DNA of 64,000 nucleotides from Geosiphon pyriformis uo1 (Eukaryota; Fungi; Glomeromycota): NCBI GenBank assembly GCA_016748015.1, contig JAAOMT010000302.1, positions 124,001 to 188,000 of the forward strand, read 5' to 3'. Shown piece by piece: positions 62,810 to 64,000 of this stretch (position 1 is its first letter; each line of letters starts with the position of its first letter). The notes under the pieces were generated by a model. It saw only the letters and a program-made list of their open reading frames with translations, ran no database searches and was not told where the DNA came from. The position numbers and the translations under genes were made by a program.

Positions 62810-64000
62810 TTATTCATTATTTGATATGGACAAAACTATGCAGTTCCAATTTGCATCCCAAAGTGCCTGCTGAAATTCTTTTATATGAGTTCGCATTATT
62901 TCCAGTTTAGAAGAGTTTATAAGATAATCAGTGAATAGGTTTTTTAGGTATAAAAGTTGTTATTAGTAGAAGAGGTTATATATAATCTTAATTAAGAGAA
63001 GCACATACTATCAATTATTTTGATAGTTCATCAGCATTATTAAATATTAATCCGTTTTTTCCATGTTGAATTAGCTCATCAAGACTGAATAATAGATTAG
63101 GAAGAATAATAAAATAGTTTTTAATGAATTCCAACTCTTAATTAAATATAAATTCATATTTACCACTTAAAGTTGATTGCACAGACAGGCAAATCACATC
63201 CAAACATATTTACTACCTTCATAGAAAGATTCATTCCTAAAGATGATTTATGAAGAGAAATCCCAAGATTCGCTGATTCTGTGGAATGGTATTATTATGC
63301 CTATCAACATTATAATCAACAAAGAATTAACTTACCTAATATCAAAGGATAGTCTTCAACAGTTAACCATGTTGTCACAACCCTTACATTGGTCAATAAA
63401 AGTCTACTAATATTCCATGTATATATATCTTTCAATGGGGCGTTTTCCATTATCATAAATAATAATTTTGGGAAAGGTTTGGCACCTCCCTTTACCAAGT
63501 TACTTTTAGCAAATTTGTCGCATATCTTGGCTGCTTTCCAATAATATTGAAAAATCTTCATTTGCTGTCCAACTTATACTGCTAATAATGTGTATTGGAC
63601 AATCGGAACAATATTTGGCAGGTTCTTTTGGCAATGGTTTAATTGTTATTAAAGTTGGGTTGCTGGCATTACAAGCAATCCAATAGATTGTAAAGAGATA
63701 ATATCTTCTGATCTGATCCCTTAGTTCTTTCTTAGAAACAAATTAGAAGTTAATATTGAGTCTATTGAAATGAAGTAGGAAAGAAATTATCTTGTGTATT
63801 TCTTCGATGTCTAATCTGCGGAAATGGGTTGGTGGACAATTTTATAAAGTCGAAACTTTGCCACTATAACAATATTAAGATTTTTTTAAAAAGAAATGTT
63901 TCATAATATGAAGAAGACTTATTCGACATCTCAGTTATAAAGAAGCTCTTAATGCAGGACTGCAGTCATGGTGAAGTGGGCTACTGCTCTATGTCCCCAT
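62810..64000 (-). pseudogene. ALG1: Beta-1,4-mannosyltransferase ALG1 pseudogene (runs off window end)
   Basis: TTWLTVEDYPLILG; [35 protein letters not shown] (cf. ADLGV.LH.SSSGLDLPMKVVDMFGC.LPVCA); LDELIQHGKNGLIF. Upstream exons broken by stops and deletions. Confidence 0.8.

Noticed and set aside
1-64000. tRNA or rRNA genes
   Set aside because: No cloverleaf, A/B box or rRNA-conserved sequence recognised by eye; tRNAscan-SE and Infernal would be needed to exclude them.

Overview
AT-rich eukaryotic DNA with short spliceosomal introns, most consistent with a Glomeromycotina (arbuscular-mycorrhizal-type) fungus; this is inferred from the Sel1 and HSPA12 expansions and the gene content. Intact genes: a Fun19-type SWIRM protein; eight kinase-less Sel1-repeat genes between 8.7 and 40.3 kb that all carry a DxH motif in the last repeat; a 4-exon 191-aa actinoporin-like gene inside that cluster; a SYAP1/BSD gene with a 9x9-aa N-terminal repeat; a 4-TM protein; and a coiled-coil protein. 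The intergenic DNA holds many decayed elements that once encoded RNA-guided nucleases and that the ORF track largely misses. These are at least 7 relics of one intron-containing Fanzor1 family sharing a 3' non-coding tail (omegaRNA candidate), an IS607-type TnpA + Fanzor2/TnpB element, two more Fanzor2 relics, probable TnpA relics, and Tc1 and pogo remnants. Pseudogenes: two HSPA12-like, MYSM1-like, F-box-like, DHODH and ALG1. Two duplications flank 20-N gaps and are probably assembly artefacts. All family calls come from motifs recognised by eye; no searches were run, and relic boundaries are approximate.
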